A DNA stretch of 64,000 bases. Source: Ignavibacteria bacterium. Its GTDB lineage: Bacteria; Bacteroidota; Ignavibacteria; DATCTW01. Positions 52,337 to 62,561 of this stretch are shown here, piece by piece; positions within the stretch are counted from its first letter, which is position 1, and every line of letters starts with the position of its first letter. The DNA is taken from contig DATCTW010000045.1 of the NCBI GenBank assembly GCA_036567745.1, forward strand, positions 74,471 through 138,470, written 5' to 3'. The translations under genes were made by a program, and so were the position numbers. The notes beneath the pieces were generated by a model. It ran no database searches, was not told the DNA's origin, and was given only the letters and a program-made list of their open reading frames with translations.

Positions 52337-54322
52337 ATGGAAGAAATTTTAATAGAAGACAAAAAAAGAATAGGAATCATTGAAAAACTAATCATCATTA
52401 TGATGTTTATTGTAGCATTTATTGGTATAATGATTAGTGAAATTGAACTAAAAATTATTTCTGGTTTGTTATTCATTACTGGAGGTTTATTCTTATTCTT
52501 TTCCATAAAAGAAAAGCGAAAAAAACAATCTAATAATGATCAGAAAATTCAAAGCAAAGATGATACTACAGAAAATATTTATAATAATTTAAGCTCTTCA
52601 GATGATTCTTTTGAAGAAGACCATAGTGATGATTTTGTGATTGTGAAATCAATCCCTAATCATAAGAAGAAAAAGAGTTTTGAAGATCCTAATCAAATTA
52701 CTATAAATGAAAATATATCTAAAGAAAAGACAATCGATGATAATATCGAAATAGAAAATAATATTGATTCTAACAACATTTCTACTAATGTAAAAACAAA
52801 TAATGTTACTAAAACATCAACATTTGATTTAAAAAAGAACAATATTGTTTTCACAAAGGACCCAAAATCTGAATTTGGTACTTTTTTGAATAATATTCTA
52901 TCAATAATTAAAGAGACTGTTTTTGCTCATTCTGTTTTATTTTTTTGGGTAGATTTAGAAAGAAAAGCTATAGTATTTGATTCCTGTGTAACTTCGAGTT
53001 CTAATATCTCATTAAATAAAAAAGATAATTTAGAATTTGGTGACAATCTAGTTAGTAAAGTAGCACTTAGTGGCAAAGCTGAAATTGTTACAAATATCAA
53101 TCCTGATTCAATAAAAGATCTATTATGTTACTATAAAGACAATGAAAATATTCATTCGGTTATTGCTATTCCAATATTTTTTGAAGATTCTATTGTAGCT
53201 GTATTGGTAGTAGATAGTTTGGAAGAAGATGCTTATGGGCCAGAAACTATCAACCAATTGAATTCTTTTATAACTTTACTATCATCACTAATAAATTATA
53301 GCACTGAGAAATATGAATATTACAATGATTCAAGAATCTTAAAAAAATTGGAATCGATTTATAATTTAATTTATGAAGAAAATAATGTAGACAAGTTTAT
53401 TTTAAATGTATCTAAAGAAATTAGAGAGTTAATTGATTGGGATTATTCAGCATTGATATTAAATGAATCTGATGATTGGATTGTAGTGGACGTAAATAAA
53501 AGAGATCCATTGAAATCCTATGCTTATACTAAAATGAAAATTGATATTAACAATAGTTTAGTTGGTAATTCTATAAAGGAAAATAAATTTACCATTGTTG
53601 AAGATATTACAAAAGCTGGGGCACCAAGATTTAACCAGAGTGAAAAGATTTTAAATAATGGTTCTTTAATTATAATGCCTATCTATTCCTTAACAAGAAC
53701 TTTTGGTGCAATGATATTTGAGATTTCTAAAATTGGTTTTTATACAACAGAAGATGCAAATTTATTAAATAAAATTTGTAAGTTTATAGCTTCATATTTA
53801 GAAATTGTTACTTTAAAAAGTTATATAGATAATAATATAACTATAGATGAAGATACAGGTATATATAAACAGGAAATTTTTTTACAGAAAATTACTGATG
53901 AATTGAAAAGAAACTCTGATTATAATCTTGGGGGTGTTCTCTTGCTTCTTTCAATTGATAAGCAAGATGAACTAATCTATAGGTATGGTATATCAGGTTT
54001 TAATACAATATTGTTAAGCGTTGTTAATATTCTCAATGGTTTTATCCCTTCCTATGATATACTTGGAAGAGTTGATAAAAATGTAATAGGAATCTTTAGA
54101 ATAGGGTTAAATATTGATGATGGCAAAGTATTTGCAGAAAAAGTAAGAAAATCAATAGCTGCAAATATAATTAATTTAGATTCAAAAAGTTTTTCAGTTA
54201 CAGTTAGTATTGGATTTGTAGAGGTACAAAAATTTGATAACAGCTATGAAATGATAGATAATTGTAAGAAAATACTCAATATAGCTTTACAAGAAGGTGG
54301 AAATAGAGTAAAAATTAACTAA
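52337..54322 (+). CDS. Membrane-anchored GAF-domain protein with a degenerate GGDEF-like C-terminal domain
   Basis: Two N-terminal TM helices and an acidic/low-complexity linker. The C-terminal ~170 aa follow the layout of a diguanylate-cyclase fold, but the GG(D/E)EF motif is replaced by RVDKNVIGIF. Confidence 0.5.
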   Translation: MEEILIEDKKRIGIIEKLIIIMMFIVAFIGIMISEIELKIISGLLFITGGLFLFFSIKEKRKKQSNNDQKIQSKDDTTENIYNNLSSSDDSFEEDHSDDFVIVKSIPNHKKKKSFEDPNQITINENISKEKTIDDNIEIENNIDSNNISTNVKTNNVTKTSTFDLKKNNIVFTKDPKSEFGTFLNNILSIIKETVFAHSVLFFWVDLERKAIVFDSCVTSSSNISLNKKDNLEFGDNLVSKVALSGKAEIVTNINPDSIKDLLCYYKDNENIHSVIAIPIFFEDSIVAVLVVDSLEEDAYGPETINQLNSFITLLSSLINYSTEKYEYYNDSRILKKLESIYNLIYEENNVDKFILNVSKEIRELIDWDYSALILNESDDWIVVDVNKRDPLKSYAYTKMKIDINNSLVGNSIKENKFTIVEDITKAGAPRFNQSEKILNNGSLIIMPIYSLTRTFGAMIFEISKIGFYTTEDANLLNKICKFIASYLEIVTLKSYIDNNITIDEDTGIYKQEIFLQKITDELKRNSDYNLGGVLLLLSIDKQDELIYRYGISGFNTILLSVVNILNGFIPSYDILGRVDKNVIGIFRIGLNIDDGKVFAEKVRKSIAANIINLDSKSFSVTVSIGFVEVQKFDNSYEMIDNCKKILNIALQEGGNRVKIN

Positions 54323-54336
54323 TTAAGGAGATATAA

Positions 54337-54534
54337 ATGGCAAAACAACAATCATTTGCTGATAAAGCAGCAAAAGCTGGAAAAGAAAAAGGCGTAAAAT
54401 GTCCAAAATGTGAAAATATTAAACAGCCATTATTGGTAGTACAAGCTATAAAAAATGAAAAAAATGGCTCTACTGGTTTTTTGAAGAGAAGAGTGGCTGT
54501 TTGCAAATGTAACGAACAAGAAATATACGGATAG
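54337..54534 (+). CDS. Small zinc-ribbon protein (hypothetical)
   Basis: 65 aa with CPKCEN...CKCNEQ cysteine pairs. Good RBS AAGGAGA. Confidence 0.45.
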   Translation: MAKQQSFADKAAKAGKEKGVKCPKCENIKQPLLVVQAIKNEKNGSTGFLKRRVAVCKCNEQEIYG

Positions 54535-54542
54535 TTCTATTA

Positions 54543-55709
54543 ATGGGTAAGTGCATAGTATTAGTACTAGATGGGCTTGGAGTAGGTGAGTTACCAGATG
54601 CATCTTTATATAACGATAAAGGGTCTAATACTATGTACAAGATTTCTTGTGCAAAGAAATTAAATATACCCAATTTATTATCTCTAGGTTTAAGGAACGT
54701 TTCTCTTTTAGAAAATGTTTTATTTAATGGAGTAGTTATTGGTAGTTATGGAAAAATGGAAGAAAAAAGTGCTGGTAAAGATAGCACTACTGGCCATTGG
54801 GAAATAGCTGGTTTAATACTTGATAAACCATTTCCAGTCTTTCATTCTTTTCCAGATACAATAATTAATTCATTTATAGAAAAAACAGGAATAAACGGAA
54901 TTTTAGGAAATTATCCAGCATCAGGAACTGAAATAATTAATAAGTTGGGTGATGAACATTATAAAACCAAAATGCCGATAATATATACATCTGCTGATTC
55001 AGTCTTTCAAGTAGCTGCTTCAGAAGAGGTTTTTGGGTTGAATAATCTTTATCACCTTTGTGAAGTTGCAAGAAATGAAATATTAGTAGGAGAATATGCA
55101 GTTGCAAGAGTAATTGCTCGTCCTTTTATTAAAGAAGGTAATTCTTATGTAAGAACTGCAAATAGAAGAGATTTTTCTCTTAAACCTTTTAATAGAACAA
55201 TGCTTAATTATTTGCAAGATTTTGGAATTAAAACCTATGGAATTGGTAAAATTGATGATCTTTTTGCTGGATATGGACTTGATATTAAACTTCATACAAA
55301 ATCTAATTCTGAAGGGATAGATACAACTATTAATTTGATTAAAGATATTAAGTCAGGTTTTATTTTTGTAAATCTTGTTGATTTTGATATGCTTTATGGT
55401 CATAGAAATGACGCATTAGGTTTTGCCGAAGCACTTGAGTATTTCGATTATAAATTATCTGAAATAATTAGTTCTTTAGGTGAAAAAGACCTTTTAATTA
55501 TAACAGCAGATCATGGTAATGACCCTGCAGATATTAGTACTGACCATACAAGAGAATACGTTCCGTTATTAGTTTATTCTAAAGAACATAAAAATCCTAA
55601 AAATTTAGGAGTTAGAACTTCATTTTGTGATGTAGCAAAGACTGTTTTAGAATATTATAATATTGAAAACAGTTTATTTGGTGAAAGCTTTTTAAAATAT
55701 TTAAATTAA
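54543..55709 (+). CDS. deoB: Phosphopentomutase
   Basis: MGKCIVLVLDGLGVGELPDA N-terminus and the metal-site ADHGNDP near the C-terminus. Confidence 0.85.
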   Translation: MGKCIVLVLDGLGVGELPDASLYNDKGSNTMYKISCAKKLNIPNLLSLGLRNVSLLENVLFNGVVIGSYGKMEEKSAGKDSTTGHWEIAGLILDKPFPVFHSFPDTIINSFIEKTGINGILGNYPASGTEIINKLGDEHYKTKMPIIYTSADSVFQVAASEEVFGLNNLYHLCEVARNEILVGEYAVARVIARPFIKEGNSYVRTANRRDFSLKPFNRTMLNYLQDFGIKTYGIGKIDDLFAGYGLDIKLHTKSNSEGIDTTINLIKDIKSGFIFVNLVDFDMLYGHRNDALGFAEALEYFDYKLSEIISSLGEKDLLIITADHGNDPADISTDHTREYVPLLVYSKEHKNPKNLGVRTSFCDVAKTVLEYYNIENSLFGESFLKYLN

Positions 55710-55762
55710 TGTGAAACTTTTTATAAAATTTTACGTATAATTAAGGATAGGGGTAAAAGCAT

Positions 55763-56038
55763 TTGGTATTAGGAAAAGTAATCGGTACTGTATGGGCTAC
55801 AAGAAAAGATGAAAATCTTGTAGGGTTAAAATTTTTAATCGTACGCCAGCTTGATTTAGACTATACTGAAAAAGACCAATTTATGGTAGCTGCTGATAGT
55901 GTTCAAGCTGGAGTAGGTGACGTTGTACTTGTAGCTACAGGTAGTTCAGCAAGACAAACAGCAATTACTAAAAACAAATCAATTGATGCAGTAATAATGG
56001 CAGTTGTAGATAAACTTGATTTGGGGAAAAAGGAATAA
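55763..56038 (+). CDS. Bacterial microcompartment vertex (pentamer) protein, EutN/CcmL/PduN family
   Basis: GKVIGTVWATRKDENLVGLKFLIVRQ...AADSVQAGVGDVVLVATGSSARQ matches the EutN_CcmL fold consensus. Confidence 0.8.
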   Translation: MVLGKVIGTVWATRKDENLVGLKFLIVRQLDLDYTEKDQFMVAADSVQAGVGDVVLVATGSSARQTAITKNKSIDAVIMAVVDKLDLGKKE

Positions 56039-56312
56039 TATGTTTTTCGCTGAAATTATTGGAACAATTTGGGCTACAAGAAAAGACGAAAACTTGAAAT
56101 CTTTTAAGTTACAAATAATACAACCAATTAATGGTAAAAGAGAAAAGGTTGGTTCACCGATAATTGCTGTAGATACAGTCGGTGCAGGAGTAGGTGAAAC
56201 TGTATTTTATATTACAGCTGCAGAGGCTGTGATTCCTTTGCCAGTAAATATGGCCCCTGTGGATGCATCTATTGTTGGGATAGTTGATAGGATTGATTTA
56301 GAAAACTTTTGA
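56016..56312 (+). CDS. Second EutN/CcmL-family microcompartment vertex protein paralog
   Basis: AEIIGTIWATRKDENLKSFKLQIIQP...AVDTVGAGVGETVFYITAAEA. Overlaps the first paralog by 23 nt. Confidence 0.75.
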   Translation: MIWGKRNNMFFAEIIGTIWATRKDENLKSFKLQIIQPINGKREKVGSPIIAVDTVGAGVGETVFYITAAEAVIPLPVNMAPVDASIVGIVDRIDLENF

Positions 56313-56350
56313 TTGATGAAAGAAAATTTTTTTAAAGGAGTGATAAATTA

Positions 56351-57214
56351 ATGAAAATAAGCAAGCAATATACTAATCGGGAAAGTCAGTCATTAGATCG
56401 ATATTTACAAGAAATTGGGAAAGTAGAATTACTTAGTCCCGAAGAAGAAATTGAACTTGCTCGAAAAATTAAAAAAGGTGGTCCAGAGGCTGAATTAGCT
56501 CTGGAAAAACTAACAAAAGCGAACCTTAGGTTCGTTGTAAGTGTTGCAAAGCAATATCAAAACCAGGGTTTATCTCTGGGAGATTTAATTAATGAAGGGA
56601 ATTTAGGCTTAATAAAAGCCGCAAAAAGATTTGATGAAACAAGAGGATTTAAATTTATCTCTTATGCTGTATGGTGGATAAGGCAATCAATATTGCAGGC
56701 ATTAGCTGAACAATCAAGAATAGTTCGTTTGCCTTTGAATAGAGTTGGTGCATTAAACAAGATTGGGAAGAAATTCTCCGAATTAGAACAAGAATTTGAA
56801 AGAGAACCTTCCGCTACAGAATTAGCTGAAGAATTAGATATGACTCTCTTTGAAGTTGCTGATACCTTAAAGATTTCAGGTAGACATTTATCTATGGATG
56901 CACCTTTTTCACAGGGTGAAGATAATAGGTTATTGGATGTTATTCAAAATGATCAGCAACCATTACCAGATAGTGGTTTGATGAATGAATCTCTAAAAAT
57001 TGAGGTTCGTCGTGCTCTTGCTACTCTTAGCGAAAGAGAAGCTGAAGTAATAAGATTATATTATGGGTTGGATAGAGAACATTCATTAACACTTGAAGAA
57101 ATAGGAGAGAAATTCAATCTAACTAGAGAAAGAGTAAGACAGATAAAAGAAAAAGCAATAAGAAGGTTAAGACATGCATCAAGATCTAAAACATTGAGGT
57201 CTTATTTAGGATAA
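56351..57214 (+). CDS. rpoD: Primary RNA polymerase sigma-70 factor (short Bacteroidota-type RpoD lacking region 1.1)
   Basis: Region 2 ([35 protein letters not shown]), region 3, and region 4 HTH ([27 protein letters not shown]). Length 287 aa. Confidence 0.85.
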   Translation: MKISKQYTNRESQSLDRYLQEIGKVELLSPEEEIELARKIKKGGPEAELALEKLTKANLRFVVSVAKQYQNQGLSLGDLINEGNLGLIKAAKRFDETRGFKFISYAVWWIRQSILQALAEQSRIVRLPLNRVGALNKIGKKFSELEQEFEREPSATELAEELDMTLFEVADTLKISGRHLSMDAPFSQGEDNRLLDVIQNDQQPLPDSGLMNESLKIEVRRALATLSEREAEVIRLYYGLDREHSLTLEEIGEKFNLTRERVRQIKEKAIRRLRHASRSKTLRSYLG

Positions 57215-57237
57215 TTATTCGTTTTGAATTAAAATTT

Positions 57238-57268
57238 AACCCCTCATTTATAGAGGGGTTTTTTATTT
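57238..57268 (+). terminator. Rho-independent terminator after rpoD
   Basis: aacccctcatttatagaggggtt followed by ttttattt. Confidence 0.7.
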
Positions 57269-57493
57269 AAAAGAAAAATTACGATAATATTATAATTAAA
57301 ATAGTTTTTCTTCAATGAATAAATTTTATTGAGGTTTTGGATTGATTTTTACTTATAAAACTTATATTTTAATTAAAAAAGTAGAAGTACAAATGTAAAA
57401 TAAAAGTTTAACATTCTTGTTTTTTTCAATGATTTTAGTTATAATTATACTATAATTTTTTATTTACATCAATCTTTCTATAGGAGAACTAAC

Positions 57494-59611
57494 ATGCCAG
57501 AGAATAATGAAAGAGGTAATTTAGAAAATTTAAAGCTTAGTCTTGAGCAATGGATGAAATCGGTAAAGGCTTTAAGATCAATGCTAGATGATTATTCAAA
57601 TTCTAAACTTATTATGCCAGGTTCTTCTAAGTATAAGGATATTCGAAATGAGATTGATGTTGCATTAAATGCATGTGAATCAGCGATAAATAAATCTAAA
57701 TCAATTGCTCAAGATATTTCAAACATTGAGGAGACGATAGATAAGGTAGATGAAGAAAGGTTGATGGTATCTTCTGATTTGAATAAAGTAGAAGATGAAA
57801 TAATGAAAAAAAATTCTGAATTAGCATTAATTCAGAATACAATTTTACAGAAAGAGAAAATTATTGAAGATTTAGATGCTCAAAAGAAAGAAATCGAAGA
57901 AATAATTAAAAAGAAAAATGAAGATATATTAAAAAAAGAAGAAGAAATTACTAAATTACTATTAAGTATAACAGAACAAGAAGAAGCTATAAATAAAAAA
58001 TTTAAAGAAGTCGAAGATTATAATAAAAAAGTAAAAGATCTACAGAATAAATTAAATAATCTTGAATCCACTATAAAAGCAAAAGAAACCGAATTACAAT
58101 CTTATGATGGTTTAAAAGAGAAAAAAGAATTAGAAATAGAAGAAGCTTTAAAAGAGAAAAAATCAGAATTTGAATCACTTCAAAAAGTAATTGAAACATT
58201 GAAAGAAGAAGTTGATTCCTTAAATCGTAAAAAAACTACTGCTGAAATTGAGTTAAGAGATATACTTAAAGAAAAAGAAGAAAAAGAGGATATAGCTTTA
58301 CAACTCAACAAAAAAGTATTAGAAAACGAAAAAATAATTAGCGATGATTATAATAAAATTAAAGAGCTAAATAAACAATTAGAAGATATTGATTTTCAAA
58401 TAAAGGCTATTACTGATAAGTATAATTCAAAGTTAATTGAATTAGATGAATTAGATGAACAATTGAATAAAAAGAAAACAGAACTTGAGAATATTGAAAA
58501 GGAAATAGAATACAAATCTCATAATATGGATACTGAAATTCAGAAAAAATTAGATGAAGTTAAGAACGAAATAGTAGAAAAAGAGAAGGAAATTGAAAAG
58601 CTTAACTCAGTTATTCAGGATAAAAAGAATAAAATTTTAGACATAGAAAATGAAATCAAAAGCTATGAAAAAATTATTGAAGAGAAAAAGCAACTAGTTC
58701 AACAAGAGGAAAATAAAATAGACGATTTTAATAAAATTTTAGATGATAAGAAAAAAGATCTAGATGCTTTTGATGAGGAAATTTTAGAAAAGAGAAAAGA
58801 GAAAGATGAAATAGAGAAACTTATATCAGAAAAGAAAAAAGAGTATAATTTACTTCTGAAAGATCTTGAAAAATTGAGTGCTTATGAAGAAGAAAAGCAA
58901 TCTAAATTAGCTGAATATCATGAGTTAGAAAAAAGAATTGAAGATTTAGAAAATACAATTAGTACAAAAGAATCTTATGCTGGAGTAATTCAAAGAGAAA
59001 TTGAACAGAATAGAGACTATCTTGAACTGCTAAAAGCTGCAAAAAGAGAGTTTTTAGAACTTAAACCAAAAGTTGAAGACCTATCGACACAAAAAAGTAT
59101 TCTAGATTCTGAATTTGTTTCATTAAAAGAGAATTTAAATATAGCTAAATTGCAGTTACAAGATTTAGAAGCAAGGAAATCTGAAATAGAACAAATTGTT
59201 GATTCTTTAGAAAAAACCAGGGTTAGGTATGAAGGGGAAATTGAAAGCTTAAGTATTAAATTGGATAATATGCGAGCTGAGGTTGTATCAATTGAAGAAT
59301 TAAATAAGAATTTGGAAGAAAGAACAAAGGATCTTGAGAAAGTAAAAAATGAATATTTATATCAAAAAGAAAAAATCGAAAGTATTGTAATAAATTATAA
59401 AAATGAATTGAATCAGTTAATAGAGCAGATTAATAATCTTAAAAATGAGAAGAATAAACTTGAAGATGATTTATTCAAAAAGCAAAATGAAATAAATTTA
59501 TTAAATCAAGAAATTAATAGTAAACAGAAAGAAAAAGAAAAGCTTATTATTGAAATCTCTCAATATAAAGATGAATATCTTGCCTTGAGAAAGAAAAAGG
59601 ATAATAATTAA
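57494..59611 (+). CDS. K/E-rich long coiled-coil protein (705 aa), function unknown
   Basis: Almost entirely heptad-like K/E/L/I/N repeats. No Walker or other catalytic motifs. Confidence 0.6.
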   Translation: MPENNERGNLENLKLSLEQWMKSVKALRSMLDDYSNSKLIMPGSSKYKDIRNEIDVALNACESAINKSKSIAQDISNIEETIDKVDEERLMVSSDLNKVEDEIMKKNSELALIQNTILQKEKIIEDLDAQKKEIEEIIKKKNEDILKKEEEITKLLLSITEQEEAINKKFKEVEDYNKKVKDLQNKLNNLESTIKAKETELQSYDGLKEKKELEIEEALKEKKSEFESLQKVIETLKEEVDSLNRKKTTAEIELRDILKEKEEKEDIALQLNKKVLENEKIISDDYNKIKELNKQLEDIDFQIKAITDKYNSKLIELDELDEQLNKKKTELENIEKEIEYKSHNMDTEIQKKLDEVKNEIVEKEKEIEKLNSVIQDKKNKILDIENEIKSYEKIIEEKKQLVQQEENKIDDFNKILDDKKKDLDAFDEEILEKRKEKDEIEKLISEKKKEYNLLLKDLEKLSAYEEEKQSKLAEYHELEKRIEDLENTISTKESYAGVIQREIEQNRDYLELLKAAKREFLELKPKVEDLSTQKSILDSEFVSLKENLNIAKLQLQDLEARKSEIEQIVDSLEKTRVRYEGEIESLSIKLDNMRAEVVSIEELNKNLEERTKDLEKVKNEYLYQKEKIESIVINYKNELNQLIEQINNLKNEKNKLEDDLFKKQNEINLLNQEINSKQKEKEKLIIEISQYKDEYLALRKKKDNN

Positions 59612-59638
59612 TAAATGTAAAGGGGGATATAGTATTTA

Positions 59639-61741
59639 ATGCAAAACATATCAAATTCCTTATCTAATGTATTAAAAAATTGGTTTGATGCACTAAAACC
59701 TCTCTATAGCCAGTTAAATACATTTGTTAAACAGGATAAAATAAGTTCTGATGTTGCAAAAAATATTATACAGCTGATGAAGGAGGCTAGTATTGCATGT
59801 CAAAAGGTTTCAGATAAAGAATATGAACTTATTACATCTTCAAACCAACTTGATAATTTAATATCTAATTTAGAAAAACAAAAAAATGAACTTATTTCGA
59901 GTATAAATATATTAGAGTCAAAGAAAAATGAGATTGAGTTAGAATTTGCGAATATTGAGTCAAAACTTCGAGAATATACAGATTCATTAAATAAACTGAT
60001 ATCTGATAAAAATATTTTAAGTGATGAGATAGAAAAGAAAAAAGATGAAGAGTACGACATTGATAATTTAATAAATGAAAAGAAATCATATTTAAAAGAC
60101 TTAGAAGAACAAATAATAAAAAAACAATCTGAATTCGATAAATTAAGATCTGATTTTGATGAAGAGTTAAATCGAGAAGCAATTATTGAGGAAAAAGATA
60201 GGTATAAGTATTCTAAAGCTAAAGTTGAAATAATGGAAATGTTATTCCCGATTTTAGCTAAAGAAGCACCTCAATTGGAGAAAGTATGGAATTTATTAGA
60301 AGACATTATTTATACTTATGATATCGATCTTATTCATGAAAAAATTAGAAATATTAAAGAGATAGTATTATCATTAAATCTAGGAAAAGATATTGAAATA
60401 AAAGAACAAAAAGAAATCAGTACTTCTGAAAGTGAAATAAAAGTCAGTGAATTACAATCAGAGATTAGAAACCTTGAAGAAAAGTCTGAAAAATTAAAAT
60501 CTTTAATTTCAGTCTTAAGTATCGAGATTCAAAATAGGAAAAGAAAATCAGATGAGCTATCTGGAAGAATAGATGAGAAAAATTTTGCTTTACAGAAAAT
60601 GGAACAGTATTATCAGGATTTGAGAAATACTATTGATAATTTTGAAAATGAATATAAAGATATTGTTGAAAAATTTTCTGAATTTAATAATTTAAGAAAT
60701 TTAAATGAGTCATTGTCTAATATATCTCATCTCTCTAGAGAATTTTATTTTGATGAATTTTATAATAAACTACAATCATTTTATCAAGAAAGTTACGAAA
60801 GGGTATCTACTGATTTAAATAATAGTTACGAAAAATTAAGAAATCAGGAAAAATTAATAGGTCTAAAACAAAAAGAATTAAATATAATTGAAGAAAGAAT
60901 CAATAGAGAATATCCTAATTATGAACTTAAGATATCCAATTTACAATTAAGACTTCAAAGAAAAGAAAAAGATATTGAAATATTAAATAAGAGTTTAAAT
61001 GAAAGTAATGAGAAATTAAATTTATTAGAGAATGAAATAGATAGGTTAAAAATTGAAAAGAAGGAATTAGAAGAACAAAATAATAATTTAAATGTTAGAA
61101 TATCTGAATTAGAAAATGAAGTAAGAAATAAAATACAAGAAACTCAAACGTTAGTGTATCAAGTTAAAGATAATGAGTTAAAGATTCAAAATCTTGAAAA
61201 TGAAAAGAAGTTGGTTGAAGAAGAATTAGATAATATAAGTATAAAAGCTAAAGGTTATGAAACGTTATTGGCTGATTATAAAGCACGATTAGAACAAAAT
61301 GAAAAACAAATTGATGAGCTAAATCAAAGAATTATTGAACTAACTCAATTAAGTGATATTACAAATGAGAAACTCATTCAAGCTAATGAGCTTTCTTTTC
61401 TTAAGGATAAAGAAATTGAAAATCTAAAAAAACAGATCAAAAACATTGAAGTTACAAATCTTGAACTTATTGATGATAATGAAAATTATCGTAAAGAGAT
61501 TAAAAGAATACAAAATCTTTTAGATGAAAAAATTATTGAAGAGGAAAAATTAAGAGAAGAATTAGCTTCGCTTTCAAAGAGAAAAAATGACGGAGAGAAA
61601 GCAATACTTGAACTAGAAAAAGTTAATACATCACTAGCTTCACAAATCAGGAGAAGAGAAAACCTAATTGAAGAGTTAGAAAACGAAATTAAAAAATTAA
61701 AAGAAAAATTAAATGAAAATATTGAACAAATAAATAGATAA
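59639..61741 (+). CDS. K/E-rich long coiled-coil protein (700 aa), function unknown
   Basis: Same composition. The N-terminal ~60 aa are less repetitive. Confidence 0.6.
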   Translation: MQNISNSLSNVLKNWFDALKPLYSQLNTFVKQDKISSDVAKNIIQLMKEASIACQKVSDKEYELITSSNQLDNLISNLEKQKNELISSINILESKKNEIELEFANIESKLREYTDSLNKLISDKNILSDEIEKKKDEEYDIDNLINEKKSYLKDLEEQIIKKQSEFDKLRSDFDEELNREAIIEEKDRYKYSKAKVEIMEMLFPILAKEAPQLEKVWNLLEDIIYTYDIDLIHEKIRNIKEIVLSLNLGKDIEIKEQKEISTSESEIKVSELQSEIRNLEEKSEKLKSLISVLSIEIQNRKRKSDELSGRIDEKNFALQKMEQYYQDLRNTIDNFENEYKDIVEKFSEFNNLRNLNESLSNISHLSREFYFDEFYNKLQSFYQESYERVSTDLNNSYEKLRNQEKLIGLKQKELNIIEERINREYPNYELKISNLQLRLQRKEKDIEILNKSLNESNEKLNLLENEIDRLKIEKKELEEQNNNLNVRISELENEVRNKIQETQTLVYQVKDNELKIQNLENEKKLVEEELDNISIKAKGYETLLADYKARLEQNEKQIDELNQRIIELTQLSDITNEKLIQANELSFLKDKEIENLKKQIKNIEVTNLELIDDNENYRKEIKRIQNLLDEKIIEEEKLREELASLSKRKNDGEKAILELEKVNTSLASQIRRRENLIEELENEIKKLKEKLNENIEQINR

Positions 61742-61744
61742 ATT

Positions 61745-62527
61745 ATGGAAGAAATTATTAACAATGAAGAATTGGAAAATCAGAGTCTTTTAAATAATGA
61801 TATGAATGAACCTATTGAAGATGAGATAAAATCATTGGATGAGCAAACTATAAAAGAAAAAATTGAATATTTTGAGAAAAAAATTGAAGAGCAAAACGAA
61901 ATTCAAAAAAAGTTAATAGAAAATGCTGAAGAGAAAGAAATTGAAAAAAATATTGACTCAAATAGTGATAAAAGAGAGAATCATGACAATAAAATTGTGG
62001 AGTTTCATCAATTAAATACTCGTTTAGAACGATTACATCAGGACATAAAAATATGTGAACTTTATAAAAAAAGCCTTGAAGTTGAAATCAAAGATTATAA
62101 ATCAATAATATCAAAAATTAATGAATACGAAAACAAATTAAATTATCTAAAGACTGAAATTGTTGATCTGGAAAATAAAAGAGATTCATTGAAAGTTACT
62201 AATATTACCCTAAGTGAAGAAAATGAAAAGTTACAGAAATTTAATGAAGAGTTAAAGAGCGGAATTGAAAATATCTTAAAATCATTTAAAGAAAGAGAAG
62301 AATTTATAAACATTGTAAAGAAAGATATTGAATTAATGAAAAGGGAAATTAGTGATTTAACAAAAATTAAAAGTAATTTGCTTTATGATATATCAAATTT
62401 AAAAAGGGAAGTTGAAGAAAGAACACAAAAAATTGATCAGTTGAAATTAGAGCATAGTAGTTTGCTTGATAAGATCGATGAAGAATTACAAAAATTAAAA
62501 GCTGAACTAGAAAGTAAAATAAATTAG
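61745..62527 (+). CDS. K/E-rich coiled-coil protein (260 aa), function unknown
   Basis: Starts 4 nt after the previous stop. Same composition. Confidence 0.55.
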   Translation: MEEIINNEELENQSLLNNDMNEPIEDEIKSLDEQTIKEKIEYFEKKIEEQNEIQKKLIENAEEKEIEKNIDSNSDKRENHDNKIVEFHQLNTRLERLHQDIKICELYKKSLEVEIKDYKSIISKINEYENKLNYLKTEIVDLENKRDSLKVTNITLSEENEKLQKFNEELKSGIENILKSFKEREEFINIVKKDIELMKREISDLTKIKSNLLYDISNLKREVEERTQKIDQLKLEHSSLLDKIDEELQKLKAELESKIN

Positions 62528-62552
62528 GATGGAGTAAGTGATTACTCCATCC
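62527..62552. terminator. Bidirectional terminator hairpin between convergent genes
   Basis: ggatggagtaagtgattactccatcc with a T-run on the plus side. Confidence 0.6.
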
Positions 62553-62561
62553 TTGCATTTT

